Assembly: GCA_963809325.1 (NCBI GenBank)
Contig: CAWEIZ010000002.1
Span: 807,130 to 871,129, forward strand
Length of the DNA: 64,000 nucleotides
Direction: 5' to 3'
From: an uncultured Actinomycetes bacterium
Lineage (GTDB): Bacteria > Actinomycetota > Thermoleophilia > Gaiellales > JAICJC01
The translations under genes and the position numbers were made by a program. Of the stretch, positions 1 to 7,768 are shown in pieces. The notes under the pieces were generated by a model that searched no databases, was not told where the DNA came from, and saw only the letters and a program-made list of their open reading frames with translations. Positions within the stretch are counted from its first letter, which is position 1. Every line of letters begins with the position of its first letter.

Positions 1-286
1 CGAAGAAGAGCTCGGGCTCGTACGACACACCGACGTCCGCACGGCCCGCGCCGACCAGTGTGAGCGCGTCCGAGACGCCCGACGGCGGCCGCGGCGTCAC
101 CGTGACCCCGTACCGGGCGAAGAACCCCTTGTCCATCGCCGAGTAGATGCCGACGTGGTCGGGGTTCGGCACCCAGTCGAGGACGAGCGTCATGTGCTTC
201 GCGGACGTCGCCGTGTCGCCGGTGCCGCCGCCGCACGAGGCGGCGAGGAGGACGAGCACGAGCCCGGCTGCCCGGGCCGCCCTCAC
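1..286 (-). CDS. ABC transporter substrate-binding lipoprotein, NMT1/THI5 (ThiY-like); truncated by window edge
   Basis: Read manually: GTG at 286 overlaps the permease stop; MRAARAAGLVLVLLAASC lipobox, then LVLDWVPNPDHVGIYSAMDKGFF, typical of the NMT1/THI5 N-terminus. Confidence 0.85.
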   Translation of the reverse strand, partial: MRAARAAGLVLVLLAASCGGGTGDTATSAKHMTLVLDWVPNPDHVGIYSAMDKGFFARYGVTVTPRPPSGVSDALTLVGAGRADVGVSYEPELFF

Positions 287-1032
287 ATGCCCCTCTGTGC
301 CCAGGGGATCGCGATCCGCTCGGCGACCGAGACCGCGGCGAAGAGCGCGAGCGCCAGTCCCGCCAGCACGACGACGGCGGCGCCGACCAGCGGCGCGTCG
401 AGCTGCGCCGTGGCCGTCTGCATCGTCTCGCCGAGGCCCGCCGAGCCGCCGGCGTACTCGGCGAAGAGCGCGGCGACGGCGGCGTAGGAGGCTGCCACCC
501 TCGCGCCCGAGAAGGCCGACGGCAGCGCCCACGGCACCTCGACGCGGCGGAAGATCGCGGCCCGCGAGGCTCTGAGCGTCCGCATCACGCGCAGGTACTC
601 CGGATCGACCGAGCGCAGGCCGTCGAGCGCGTTCACGGTGACGGGGAAGAAGCAGACGAGCGCCACGATCACGACCTTGGGGGCGAGCCCGAACCCCAGG
701 TAGATGACGAGCACCGGCGCGACGGCGACCACGGGCACGCTCTGCGACGCGACGAGAAGCGGGTAGACGGCCCGGCGGAGCGTCGCCGAGAAGTGCAGGG
801 CGGCGGCCGAGACGAGCCCGAACCCGACCGCCGCGGCGAAGCCGGCGAGCATCTCGCCGGCTGTGTGCACGGCGTCCGCCGCGAGCCGGCCGCGGTCGTC
901 GCGCAGCGCGGCGAGGATGTCGGTGGGAGCCGGGAGCAGGTAGTCGGGCACGCCCCGCAGGCGCACCCAGGCCTGCCACGCGGTCAGGATGGCGAGGAGC
1001 GCGACGATCCAGCCGATCCGGGGCCGGGTCAT
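283..1032 (-). CDS. ABC transporter permease (SsuC/TauC/ThiX-like)
   Basis: C-terminal part of ORF 283..1620 from MTRPRIGW; hydrophobic, with YLLPAP and an EAA-like loop (RTLRASRAAIFRRVEVP); ATGA overlap with the ATPase stop. Confidence 0.9.
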   Translation of the reverse strand: MTRPRIGWIVALLAILTAWQAWVRLRGVPDYLLPAPTDILAALRDDRGRLAADAVHTAGEMLAGFAAAVGFGLVSAAALHFSATLRRAVYPLLVASQSVPVVAVAPVLVIYLGFGLAPKVVIVALVCFFPVTVNALDGLRSVDPEYLRVMRTLRASRAAIFRRVEVPWALPSAFSGARVAASYAAVAALFAEYAGGSAGLGETMQTATAQLDAPLVGAAVVVLAGLALALFAAVSVAERIAIPWAQRGM

Positions 1033-1745
1033 CGCAGCGCCCCCAGAGCCTGCTCGCGGGCGGGGTGGCCGCCCCCGCCGCTTCCGTCGAGCTCGCACGC
1101 GACCCGGCCCGGCCGTGCCGTCAGGACAACCACGCGGTCGCACAGGCGCAGCGCCTCGTCGAGGTCGTGCGTGACCAGGAGGGCCGTTCTCGGCCGGGCC
1201 CCCATGGCGGCCGCGAGCCACTCCTGCATCTCGGTGCGGGTGATCGCGTCGAGGGCGCCGAACGGCTCGTCGAGGAGCAGCACGGGCTTCTCGGCGAGCA
1301 GGGTGCGCGCGAACGCGACCCGCTGGCGCATGCCGCCCGAGAGCTCCCAGGAGCGGGCCCGCTCGAACCCCTCGAGGCCGAGTTCGGCGAAGAGCTCCGC
1401 AGCCCGCCCGCGCGCCTCGCGCCGCTCGACGCCGGCGTTCTCGAGCGGGAGGGAGGCGTTTCCGAGGGCGTCGCGCCAGGGCATCAGGAGGTCGGACTGC
1501 GGCATCAGCGCGCAGCGCTCGAGCCGCCCGCGCTCGTCGCCGGCGCCGCCGACCGAGATCGCCCCGCGGTCGGGGCTCTCGAGGCCGGCGACCATGCGAA
1601 GCAGCGTCGACTTCCCGCACCCGCTCCGCCCCACGAGCCCGACCGTCTCGTCCGAGCCGGCGCGGAAGGCCACCCCGTCCAGCGCCACGACGGGCCCGTA
1701 GCTCTTCGTCACGTCGGTGACGACGATCTCGCTCACTGCGTGCAT
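1029..1745 (-). CDS. ABC transporter ATP-binding protein (SsuB/TauB/ThiZ-like)
   Basis: Walker A GRSGCGKST, signature LSGGMRQR, Walker B LLLDEPF, H-loop LVTHD; alternative GTG start at 1736. Confidence 0.92.
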   Translation of the reverse strand: MHAVSEIVVTDVTKSYGPVVALDGVAFRAGSDETVGLVGRSGCGKSTLLRMVAGLESPDRGAISVGGAGDERGRLERCALMPQSDLLMPWRDALGNASLPLENAGVERREARGRAAELFAELGLEGFERARSWELSGGMRQRVAFARTLLAEKPVLLLDEPFGALDAITRTEMQEWLAAAMGARPRTALLVTHDLDEALRLCDRVVVLTARPGRVACELDGSGGGGHPAREQALGALR

Positions 1746-1832
1746 CCCTTCGCTGGCATTACCCAGATCAGGTTCGCGGGTCGGCGCCTCTGCGGCACCC
1801 TCTCAGCCCTGCGGGCTCCCCGGCAAACGCTC
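1741..1832 (-). ncRNA. TPP riboswitch (THI element)
   Basis: The minus strand reads GGGGAGCCCGCAGGGCTGAGAGGGTG...GACCCGCGAACCTGATCTGGGTAATGCCAGCGAAGGGA, matching the conserved GCTGAGA and CCTGAT...AATGCCAGCG.AGG cores. It lies directly upstream of a THI5-type ABC operon. Confidence 0.93.
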
Positions 1833-1869
1833 CTCCGCAGCTTAGCGTGGAACGACGGGGTCAGACCTC

Positions 1870-2814
1870 CTAGGAGTCGAGCTGCTCCATCGCGCATTCG
1901 GCGGGCGGCTTGTCGTCGCGGAAGCGAAGCAGGCGGGCGCCGTGGCGGATGCGCCGCCCGCTCACGTGGTCGAACGAGACCTCGGCGACCAGCGCGGGCC
2001 GAAGGCCGCGCCACTCCCGGTCCTCCTTGCCGGCGCTCCAGCGATTGGGCTCGTTGGCGCCGTGCTCGCCCGTCTCGTACGGCGTCACGACGCCGACCAG
2101 CTCGCGGGCCCTGGCCGCCGTGAAGCCCGACGTGTGGCCGACGGGCCAGAGGCTCTCGCCGTCGTAGAGGGCCAGGATCAGCGACCCGACCGTGCCCTCG
2201 GCCTTGCCCGGCCGCCAGCCGATGACGACGCAGTCGATCGTCCGCACCCGCTTCACCTTGACCATGCCCTTGCGCTCGCCCGGCAGGTAGGGCGCGTCGG
2301 CGCGCTTCGCGATGACGCCCTCGGCGCCGTGCAGCCACGGCTCGGCCTCGGCGGGCGATCCGGTGGCCGGCGTCAGCTCGATCGGGTCGGCCACCGTCTC
2401 CTCGAGGATCCGCCGCCGCTCCGCGAACGGCCGCTCGAGCAGCGACTCGTCGTCTAGGGCGAGGATGTCGAAGGCGACGAAGGTTGCGGGCGTCTTCTCG
2501 GCCAGCATCGCGACGCGCGACGCCGCCGGGTGGATGCGCTCCTGGAGCGCCTCGAAGTCCTCGCCGCCCTCGGGGGTGCGGATGACGAGCTCACCGTCGA
2601 GCACGTAGCGGCCCTCCGGGAAGCGGAGCTCGGGGAAGTAGCGCCCGAGTGCCTTGCCGTTTCGCGACTGCACGTGGACGTCGTCGCCGTCCACGAACGC
2701 GATGGCCCGGAAGCCGTCCCATTTCGGCTCGTAGAGCCAGCCGTCGCCGTCGGGTAGCTCCGCCCCCGATCGTGCGAGCTGCGGCAGGACCGGGGGCGAG
2801 AGCGGAAGCGGCAT
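1870..2814 (-). CDS. ligC: ATP-dependent DNA ligase, LigC type
   Basis: Motif I YEPKWDGFR, LDGELV, FVAFDIL, EGVIAK, MVKVK and a C-terminal OB domain (EVSFDHVSGRRIRHG). Confidence 0.9.
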   Translation of the reverse strand: MPLPLSPPVLPQLARSGAELPDGDGWLYEPKWDGFRAIAFVDGDDVHVQSRNGKALGRYFPELRFPEGRYVLDGELVIRTPEGGEDFEALQERIHPAASRVAMLAEKTPATFVAFDILALDDESLLERPFAERRRILEETVADPIELTPATGSPAEAEPWLHGAEGVIAKRADAPYLPGERKGMVKVKRVRTIDCVVIGWRPGKAEGTVGSLILALYDGESLWPVGHTSGFTAARARELVGVVTPYETGEHGANEPNRWSAGKEDREWRGLRPALVAEVSFDHVSGRRIRHGARLLRFRDDKPPAECAMEQLDS

Positions 2815-2826
2815 CGGCCGCGAGTG

Positions 2827-3031
2827 TAGATGAACGATTCCACGCCGCCGCGCGCCTGGACATCCGGACTGTTATCGGTACGCGGCAGTGGCGGGGCTGC
2901 GGCTGCGAACCGTCGCATCGCTGCGTCCTCGGGAGCGTCGATATTTCAACCAATATCGACGCTCCCTGCGTCCTTGCGCTACTCGGTTCTCGCCGCCCAG
3001 GACATCACGGCGGCGTAGAACCGATCATCTA
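2827..3031 (+). mobile_element. TIR-bounded structured repeat, copy A (minimal form, about 205 bp; MITE-like)
   Basis: TA-GATGAACGATTCCACGCCGCC ... GGCGGCGTAGAACCGATCATC-TA; perfect 15-bp central hairpin at 2931-2966; shares blocks GCGCGCCTGGAC, GGGGCTGCGGCTGCGAACCGTCGCATC, TGCGTCCTTGCGCTACTCGGTTCTCGCC and GGACATCACG with four other loci. Confidence 0.75.
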
Positions 3032-3697
3032 TCGACGCGACTGCATGAACAGGAGCGCGAGCTGCCAGATCGCGACCAGGGCACCGACCACGTAGGTGAG
3101 GGCGGCGGCGGTCAGGACCTTGCGGGCGACCGGGACCTGCGACTGGCTGATGACGCCCTGCGTGCTCAGCATCGCCATCGCCTTCTTGCTGGCACCGAAC
3201 TCGACCGGCAGCGTCACGAGCTGGAACAGCACGATCGCCGAGAAGAGCGCGACGCCGACCAGCGCGAGGCCCGACGCCTGCGTGATGATCCCGAACAGGA
3301 AGATCGGGAACCAGGCCTGCGAGGCGAACCCGGCCGCGGGGACGAGCGAGCCGCGCAGCTTGAAGCCGGCCTCGCCGCGCGCGTGCTGGAACGCGTGCCC
3401 TGTCTCGTGGGCGGCCACGGCCACAGCCGCGACCGAGTTGGAGTTGCCGACCGGGGCCGACAGCCGCATCGTGTTCGAGCGGGGGTCGTAGTGGTCGGAG
3501 AGCTGGCCGGCGATCCCCTCGACCGTGACGTTCTGGAGGCCGCCGGAGTCGAGCATCTGGCGGCTCACCTGCGCGCCTGTGAGGCCCGATGCAGCCTGGA
3601 CCTTCGAGCCGTCGGCGAACGCGCGCTTCACCCACGCCTGGGCTGCCAGACCGAGGATCAGCGGCGGAACTGCGAACAGGATGTACCAGTAGTACAT
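3029..3697 (-). CDS. Membrane zinc metallopeptidase (YugP / Zn_peptidase_2 family)
   Basis: Start MYYWYILF after a GGAGGGG RBS; LSDHYDPR, VAAHETGHAFQ (HExxH), TLPVEFGAS, AAALTYV. Confidence 0.9.
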   Translation of the reverse strand: MYYWYILFAVPPLILGLAAQAWVKRAFADGSKVQAASGLTGAQVSRQMLDSGGLQNVTVEGIAGQLSDHYDPRSNTMRLSAPVGNSNSVAAVAVAAHETGHAFQHARGEAGFKLRGSLVPAAGFASQAWFPIFLFGIITQASGLALVGVALFSAIVLFQLVTLPVEFGASKKAMAMLSTQGVISQSQVPVARKVLTAAALTYVVGALVAIWQLALLFMQSRR

Positions 3698-3794
3698 GGG
3701 TGCCCCTCCTTCGGGGCTGGATTGGGTCTCATGAAGACTACGTGAACGTGTGGGCACCGGTTGGCCCGCGCACACGCGGCGCTAATCTTTGAGC

Positions 3795-4022
3795 GTGCAA
3801 GTGACCGACCAGGTGCGCGGCCTCCTCGAGGAGGCGTTCCCCGGGGGCGAGGTGGAGGTCTGGCCGTTCTCGGGAGACGATCACCTCTCGACCCGGATCC
3901 GCTCCGACCGGTTCGCCGGGCTGTCGCTGATCGACCAGCACAGGCTGGTCTACGCCCCGGTCCAGCACCTGCTCGACGACGGCACGATCCACGCATTGCA
4001 GATCAAGACGGAGGCGGCATGA
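3795..4022 (+). CDS. bolA: BolA/IbaG family protein
   Basis: DHLSTRIRSDRFAGLSLIDQHRLVY...IHALQIKT; GTG start 6 nt after a TAATCT -10 box. Confidence 0.88.
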   Translation: MQVTDQVRGLLEEAFPGGEVEVWPFSGDDHLSTRIRSDRFAGLSLIDQHRLVYAPVQHLLDDGTIHALQIKTEAA

Positions 4023-4345
4023 TCATCACAGACGACCAGATTCGCGAGGAGATCCAGAAGGCGATCTCGCAGAACCGGGTGATGCTCTTCATGAAGGGCA
4101 CGCCCGACTTCCCCCGCTGCGGCTTCTCGGCCCGGACGGTCGAGGCGCTGCACCAGGCCGGAGCCGATTTCGCGGCGATCGACATCCTGCCCGACCCCCG
4201 GATCCGTGAGCAGCTCTCGGCCCACTCGGGCTGGCCGACCATCCCGCAGCTCTTCGTCGACGGCGAGCTCGTCGGCGGCTGCGACATCGTGACCGAGCTC
4301 TCCCAGACGGGCGAGCTGGGCCGAATGGTGGCGCCGGCTGCCTGA
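4019..4345 (+). CDS. grxD: Monothiol glutaredoxin, Grx4 family
   Basis: LFMKGTPDFPRCGFS active site, WPTIPQLFVDGELVGGCD; ATGA-coupled to bolA. Confidence 0.93.
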   Translation: MIITDDQIREEIQKAISQNRVMLFMKGTPDFPRCGFSARTVEALHQAGADFAAIDILPDPRIREQLSAHSGWPTIPQLFVDGELVGGCDIVTELSQTGELGRMVAPAA

Positions 4346-5348
4346 CCGGGCCGCCGTCGTCGGGGCGGGGGTCATCGGCCTGAGCGCCGCGCGGGCGCTT
4401 GCCCGCGACGGGTTCTCGGTCACGGTGTACGAGCGCGACCGGATCGGCTCGCCGCTCGGGTCGTCGACCGGCCGCTCGCGCATCTTCCGGCGGAGCTACC
4501 GCGAGGTGGACTACCTCCGCCTCTCGCTGCGCGCGATCGAGGAGTGGCGCCGGCTCGACCCGTGTCCGCTGCGCCCGACGGGGCTCCTGGAGTACGGCCA
4601 GGGCGTGGAGCTCCACGCTGCCGCGCTCGAGGAGGTCGGTGAGGCGTACGAGTGGCTCGAGCCGGCCGAGGCCGAGCGGCGCTTCCCCGAGGCCCGGTTC
4701 CCCGAGCCGGTGCTCTGGGATGGAGGCGCCGGCGCGGTCATGGCCGACGACGCGCTCGTGGCGCTCGGCCGCGGCCTCGACGTCCGCGAGGGAGTCCACG
4801 TCGCCGATCCGCGCGAGCTCGAGGCCGACGTCATCGTGGCCTGCCCGGGCTCGTGGCTCGGCCCGATGTTCGACCTGCCGCTCCAGCCGCGGATCGAGCA
4901 GGTGACCTACTTCGCCGGGGCGCCGGACGACCGCCCGTGCGTCATCGACCACGGCGCGCCCGACAGGCGCCTGCACTACGGCCTGATCGCGCCCGGCACC
5001 GGCTACAAGATCGGCGAGGACGCCGCCCGCCCCGACCCGTGGGACCCCGACCGCCCCGACCGCCCGGTCGACGAGCCGCTGCGCGACCGGCTCGTCGAGC
5101 ACGTCCGGCGCTTGTTCCCGGGGCTCGACCCGCGGCCGCTGCACTCGGAGGCGTGCCTCTACACCATGTCGCCCGACGGCGACTTCGTGCTCGATAGGAT
5201 CGACGGTGTGATCGTCTGCGGCGGCTGCAGTGGCCATGCGTTCAAGTTCGGCCCGCTCCTCGGGAGGCTGATCGCCGACCTGGCGCAGGGCCGGCCGCTG
5301 CCGCCCGAGGCCGACCGGTTTCGCGCGTCCCGGCTGGCCGCGGCGTGA
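4338..5348 (+). CDS. FAD-dependent oxidoreductase, monomeric sarcosine oxidase / SolA-like
   Basis: The frame extends upstream of the listed ORF to AVVGAGVIGLSA (GxGxxG); GSSTGRSRIFR, EACLYT, GCSGHAFKFGP. The only upstream in-frame start candidate is CTG at 4338. Confidence 0.8.
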   Translation: MPDRAAVVGAGVIGLSAARALARDGFSVTVYERDRIGSPLGSSTGRSRIFRRSYREVDYLRLSLRAIEEWRRLDPCPLRPTGLLEYGQGVELHAAALEEVGEAYEWLEPAEAERRFPEARFPEPVLWDGGAGAVMADDALVALGRGLDVREGVHVADPRELEADVIVACPGSWLGPMFDLPLQPRIEQVTYFAGAPDDRPCVIDHGAPDRRLHYGLIAPGTGYKIGEDAARPDPWDPDRPDRPVDEPLRDRLVEHVRRLFPGLDPRPLHSEACLYTMSPDGDFVLDRIDGVIVCGGCSGHAFKFGPLLGRLIADLAQGRPLPPEADRFRASRLAAA

Positions 5349-6703
5349 GCCTCGCCATCGCCGAGCAGGTCCGCGCGCGCGAGCGGACGGCGACCGAGGT
5401 GCTCGACGAGCACCTCGAGAGGCTCGCCGCCGACGAGCTCGGCGCCGTCTGGCGCATCACCGAGGAGCGCGCCCGGCGCGAGGCCGCCGCCGTCGACCGC
5501 GCGCTCTCAGAGGGGCGTGACCCGGGGCCGCTGGCCGGCGTGCCCGTCGGGTGGAAGGACCTGATCGACACGGGCGGCACCACGACGACCTACGGCAGCG
5601 CCCTCTTCCGCGACCACGTTCCCGAACGCGACGCCGACGTCGTCGCCCGGTTCGCGGCGGCCGGGGCGGTGACGGTGGCGAAGCTCGCCACCCACGAGCT
5701 GGCGTGGGGGACGACCAACCAGAACCCGCACTTCGGCTCGTGCAGGAACCCGCACGACCCGACCCGCGTGCCGGGCGGCTCGAGCGGCGGCTCCGCGGCA
5801 GCGCTCGCCGCGGGGATGGTCGCGGCGGCGCCCGGCACCGATACCGGCGGGTCGATCCGCTGTCCGGCGTCGTGCTGCGGCATCGTCGGCCTGAAGCCGA
5901 CGTTCGGCCGCGTGAGCCTGGCGGGGATCCGCATGCTCTGCCCGACGCTCGACCACTGCGGCCCGATGGCCCGCACGGTGGCCGAGTGCGCGCTCCAGCT
6001 CGAGGTCATGGCGGGCGAGTCTCCGCGCGACCCGCGCACGCCGCCGGTGCCCGTCGAGCGGTGGACGGAGGCCGTCTCACGCGGCGTCGAGGGGCTGACG
6101 GTCGGAGTGGCCGAGCGCTACTTCTTCGAGCACACCGCCCCCGACATCGCGGCGTCGGCGCGGCGCGGCGTCGCGGCGCTGCGCGCCGCCGGGGCGCGGA
6201 TCGTCGAGGTCGACATGCAGTGGCCGACGAAGCTCGGCGTCGCCGATCCCTTCACGCCCGAGGAGGCGGCGACCGTGTGGGAGTTCTGGCCCGAGCGGCG
6301 GGCCGACTTCGGGCCCGACGTCGTCCGCGACCTCGAGGCCGCCGAGCCCATGCTGGCGGTCGACTCCGCGATCACGTCGCAGAACCGGCTCGAGTACCGG
6401 GCCCGCATGCACGAGTCGCTCGTCGCGGACGGGATCGACCTGGTCGCGTCGCCGGCCCAGGCGTTCACGCCGCCGCACATCGGGGTGACCGAGGTGCCGT
6501 TCGCAGGCAAGGACGCCTTCGACGTGACCTTCGCGATGTGCGGGCTCACGCAGATCTTCAACATCCTCGGCTGGCCGGCGATCAGCGTTCCCTGCGGCCG
6601 CGACGACGCGGGCATGCCCGTCGGCCTCCAGCTGGCCGCGCTCCCCTGGCGGGAGAGCTACTGCCTCGCGGCCGCGGCGATCGTCGAGGCCGCCGCGATC
6701 TGA
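5345..6703 (+). CDS. Amidase-signature family enzyme (GatA-like)
   Basis: WKDL (catalytic Lys), GGSSGGS, TDTGGSIRCP and GLKPT.GRV. Confidence 0.9.
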   Translation: MSLAIAEQVRARERTATEVLDEHLERLAADELGAVWRITEERARREAAAVDRALSEGRDPGPLAGVPVGWKDLIDTGGTTTTYGSALFRDHVPERDADVVARFAAAGAVTVAKLATHELAWGTTNQNPHFGSCRNPHDPTRVPGGSSGGSAAALAAGMVAAAPGTDTGGSIRCPASCCGIVGLKPTFGRVSLAGIRMLCPTLDHCGPMARTVAECALQLEVMAGESPRDPRTPPVPVERWTEAVSRGVEGLTVGVAERYFFEHTAPDIAASARRGVAALRAAGARIVEVDMQWPTKLGVADPFTPEEAATVWEFWPERRADFGPDVVRDLEAAEPMLAVDSAITSQNRLEYRARMHESLVADGIDLVASPAQAFTPPHIGVTEVPFAGKDAFDVTFAMCGLTQIFNILGWPAISVPCGRDDAGMPVGLQLAALPWRESYCLAAAAIVEAAAI

Positions 6704-7746
6704 CAGGGGCCGCCGCGGTGGACCCGCAGCCTGCGGAGGGCGGGCTCGGCGACCACGGTGGCGAGGGTCGTCCACCGGTCTCCGAGCGCCGCGCCGGGCT
6801 CGGGGTGACAGCACATGGCGCTCGCGCCGCCGCGATGCGACGCCATGGCCGCGAGAACGGCGTCGGCGGTGACGGCTCCGGCGGGCATCGCCGCCATCCG
6901 TCGCCGGGCGAGGTCGAGGCGCAGGATCGTCCCGGGCGCGTCGCGGACGGCCGATTCGCCGTCGCGGCCGGGGTGCTCGAGGAAGTGGTTCGTGTGGACG
7001 AGGACGCCGCGGTCGTCCGGCGTGACGAAGCCCGGGCCGGCGGGTGAGACCTCGACGCTGCACGCCGTCCCGCCCTCCTCGTCGGTGACGATCGTGACCG
7101 CGCTCGACGCCGAGACATCGGCGGCCGCGACCATCTCGAGGGCTGTCACGGCGCCGTCGGCCTGATCCAGCACGCTGCGGCAGAGCACGTGGATGGGGAC
7201 GCCGACGGGCGGGCCGTCGTCGCGGTGGCCGAGGATGTTGAGCAGCACGGCGACTCCGCGGTCGTTCATGCCGATCTTGCCGACGATCCCGGCCTCGGTC
7301 AGGGTCTCGACGCGGCGGCCGTCGGGATGCTCGATCGTCCACACGATCCAGCCCTCGGCCAGCTCGTTGTGCCAGTCCCACGTCTGGATCCCGAGCGCCG
7401 ACCCGGACGCCGTCATCGAGCCGAGACAGGCGATGGTCGAGCACTCGCCCGCCGACGCGGCGAGGAGCTCGGTGCGGGCGTTCAGCGCTCCGATGGTCTC
7501 GGCGGGGAGCCCCGAGCCGGCCGCGACGCCCTCGATCTCGGTTCCGAGCTCCGGCGCGTAGGCGGAGATGCGCTCGAGGGCCTGGAGCCCGAAGCGGGCC
7601 ACGTCCGTCGCCCCGAGCCCGTTCAGGGCGTAGAGGCGTGCGTACACGTCGGTCACGAGCCCGATCCGGTCGCGCTGGGCGAGGCCCAGCCCGCGGCCGC
7701 GGTCGCCCGCCGAGGCCTCGTTCGAGAGATGCCGGTGGAGCGTCAC
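6658..7746 (-). CDS. C45 family Ntn-hydrolase (acyl-CoA:6-APA acyltransferase-like peptidase)
   Basis: LNARTEL...GECSTIA autoproteolysis site, QTWDW, AGIVGKIGMNDRGV, VHTNHF; GTG start at 7746. Confidence 0.82.
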   Translation of the reverse strand: MTLHRHLSNEASAGDRGRGLGLAQRDRIGLVTDVYARLYALNGLGATDVARFGLQALERISAYAPELGTEIEGVAAGSGLPAETIGALNARTELLAASAGECSTIACLGSMTASGSALGIQTWDWHNELAEGWIVWTIEHPDGRRVETLTEAGIVGKIGMNDRGVAVLLNILGHRDDGPPVGVPIHVLCRSVLDQADGAVTALEMVAAADVSASSAVTIVTDEEGGTACSVEVSPAGPGFVTPDDRGVLVHTNHFLEHPGRDGESAVRDAPGTILRLDLARRRMAAMPAGAVTADAVLAAMASHRGGASAMCCHPEPGAALGDRWTTLATVVAEPALRRLRVHRGGPCQIAAASTIAAAARQ

Positions 7747-7768
7747 GGGAGGAGCATATTCTTGCCCG
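7747..7768. promoter_or_regulatory. Overlapping divergent -10 boxes for two leaderless genes
   Basis: Plus-strand TATTCT 7757-7762 + 6 nt + ATG 7769; minus-strand TATGCT 7758-7753 + 6 nt + GTG 7746. Confidence 0.6.

Noticed and set aside
2830-3018. Protein encoded by the dispersed element (recurring VEIS..RCDGSQPQP translations at A, B, C, D and E)
   Set aside because: The recurring peptide only reflects DNA identity. The frame is not preserved across the variable segment in C and D, there is no common start or RBS, and cassettes change length freely.
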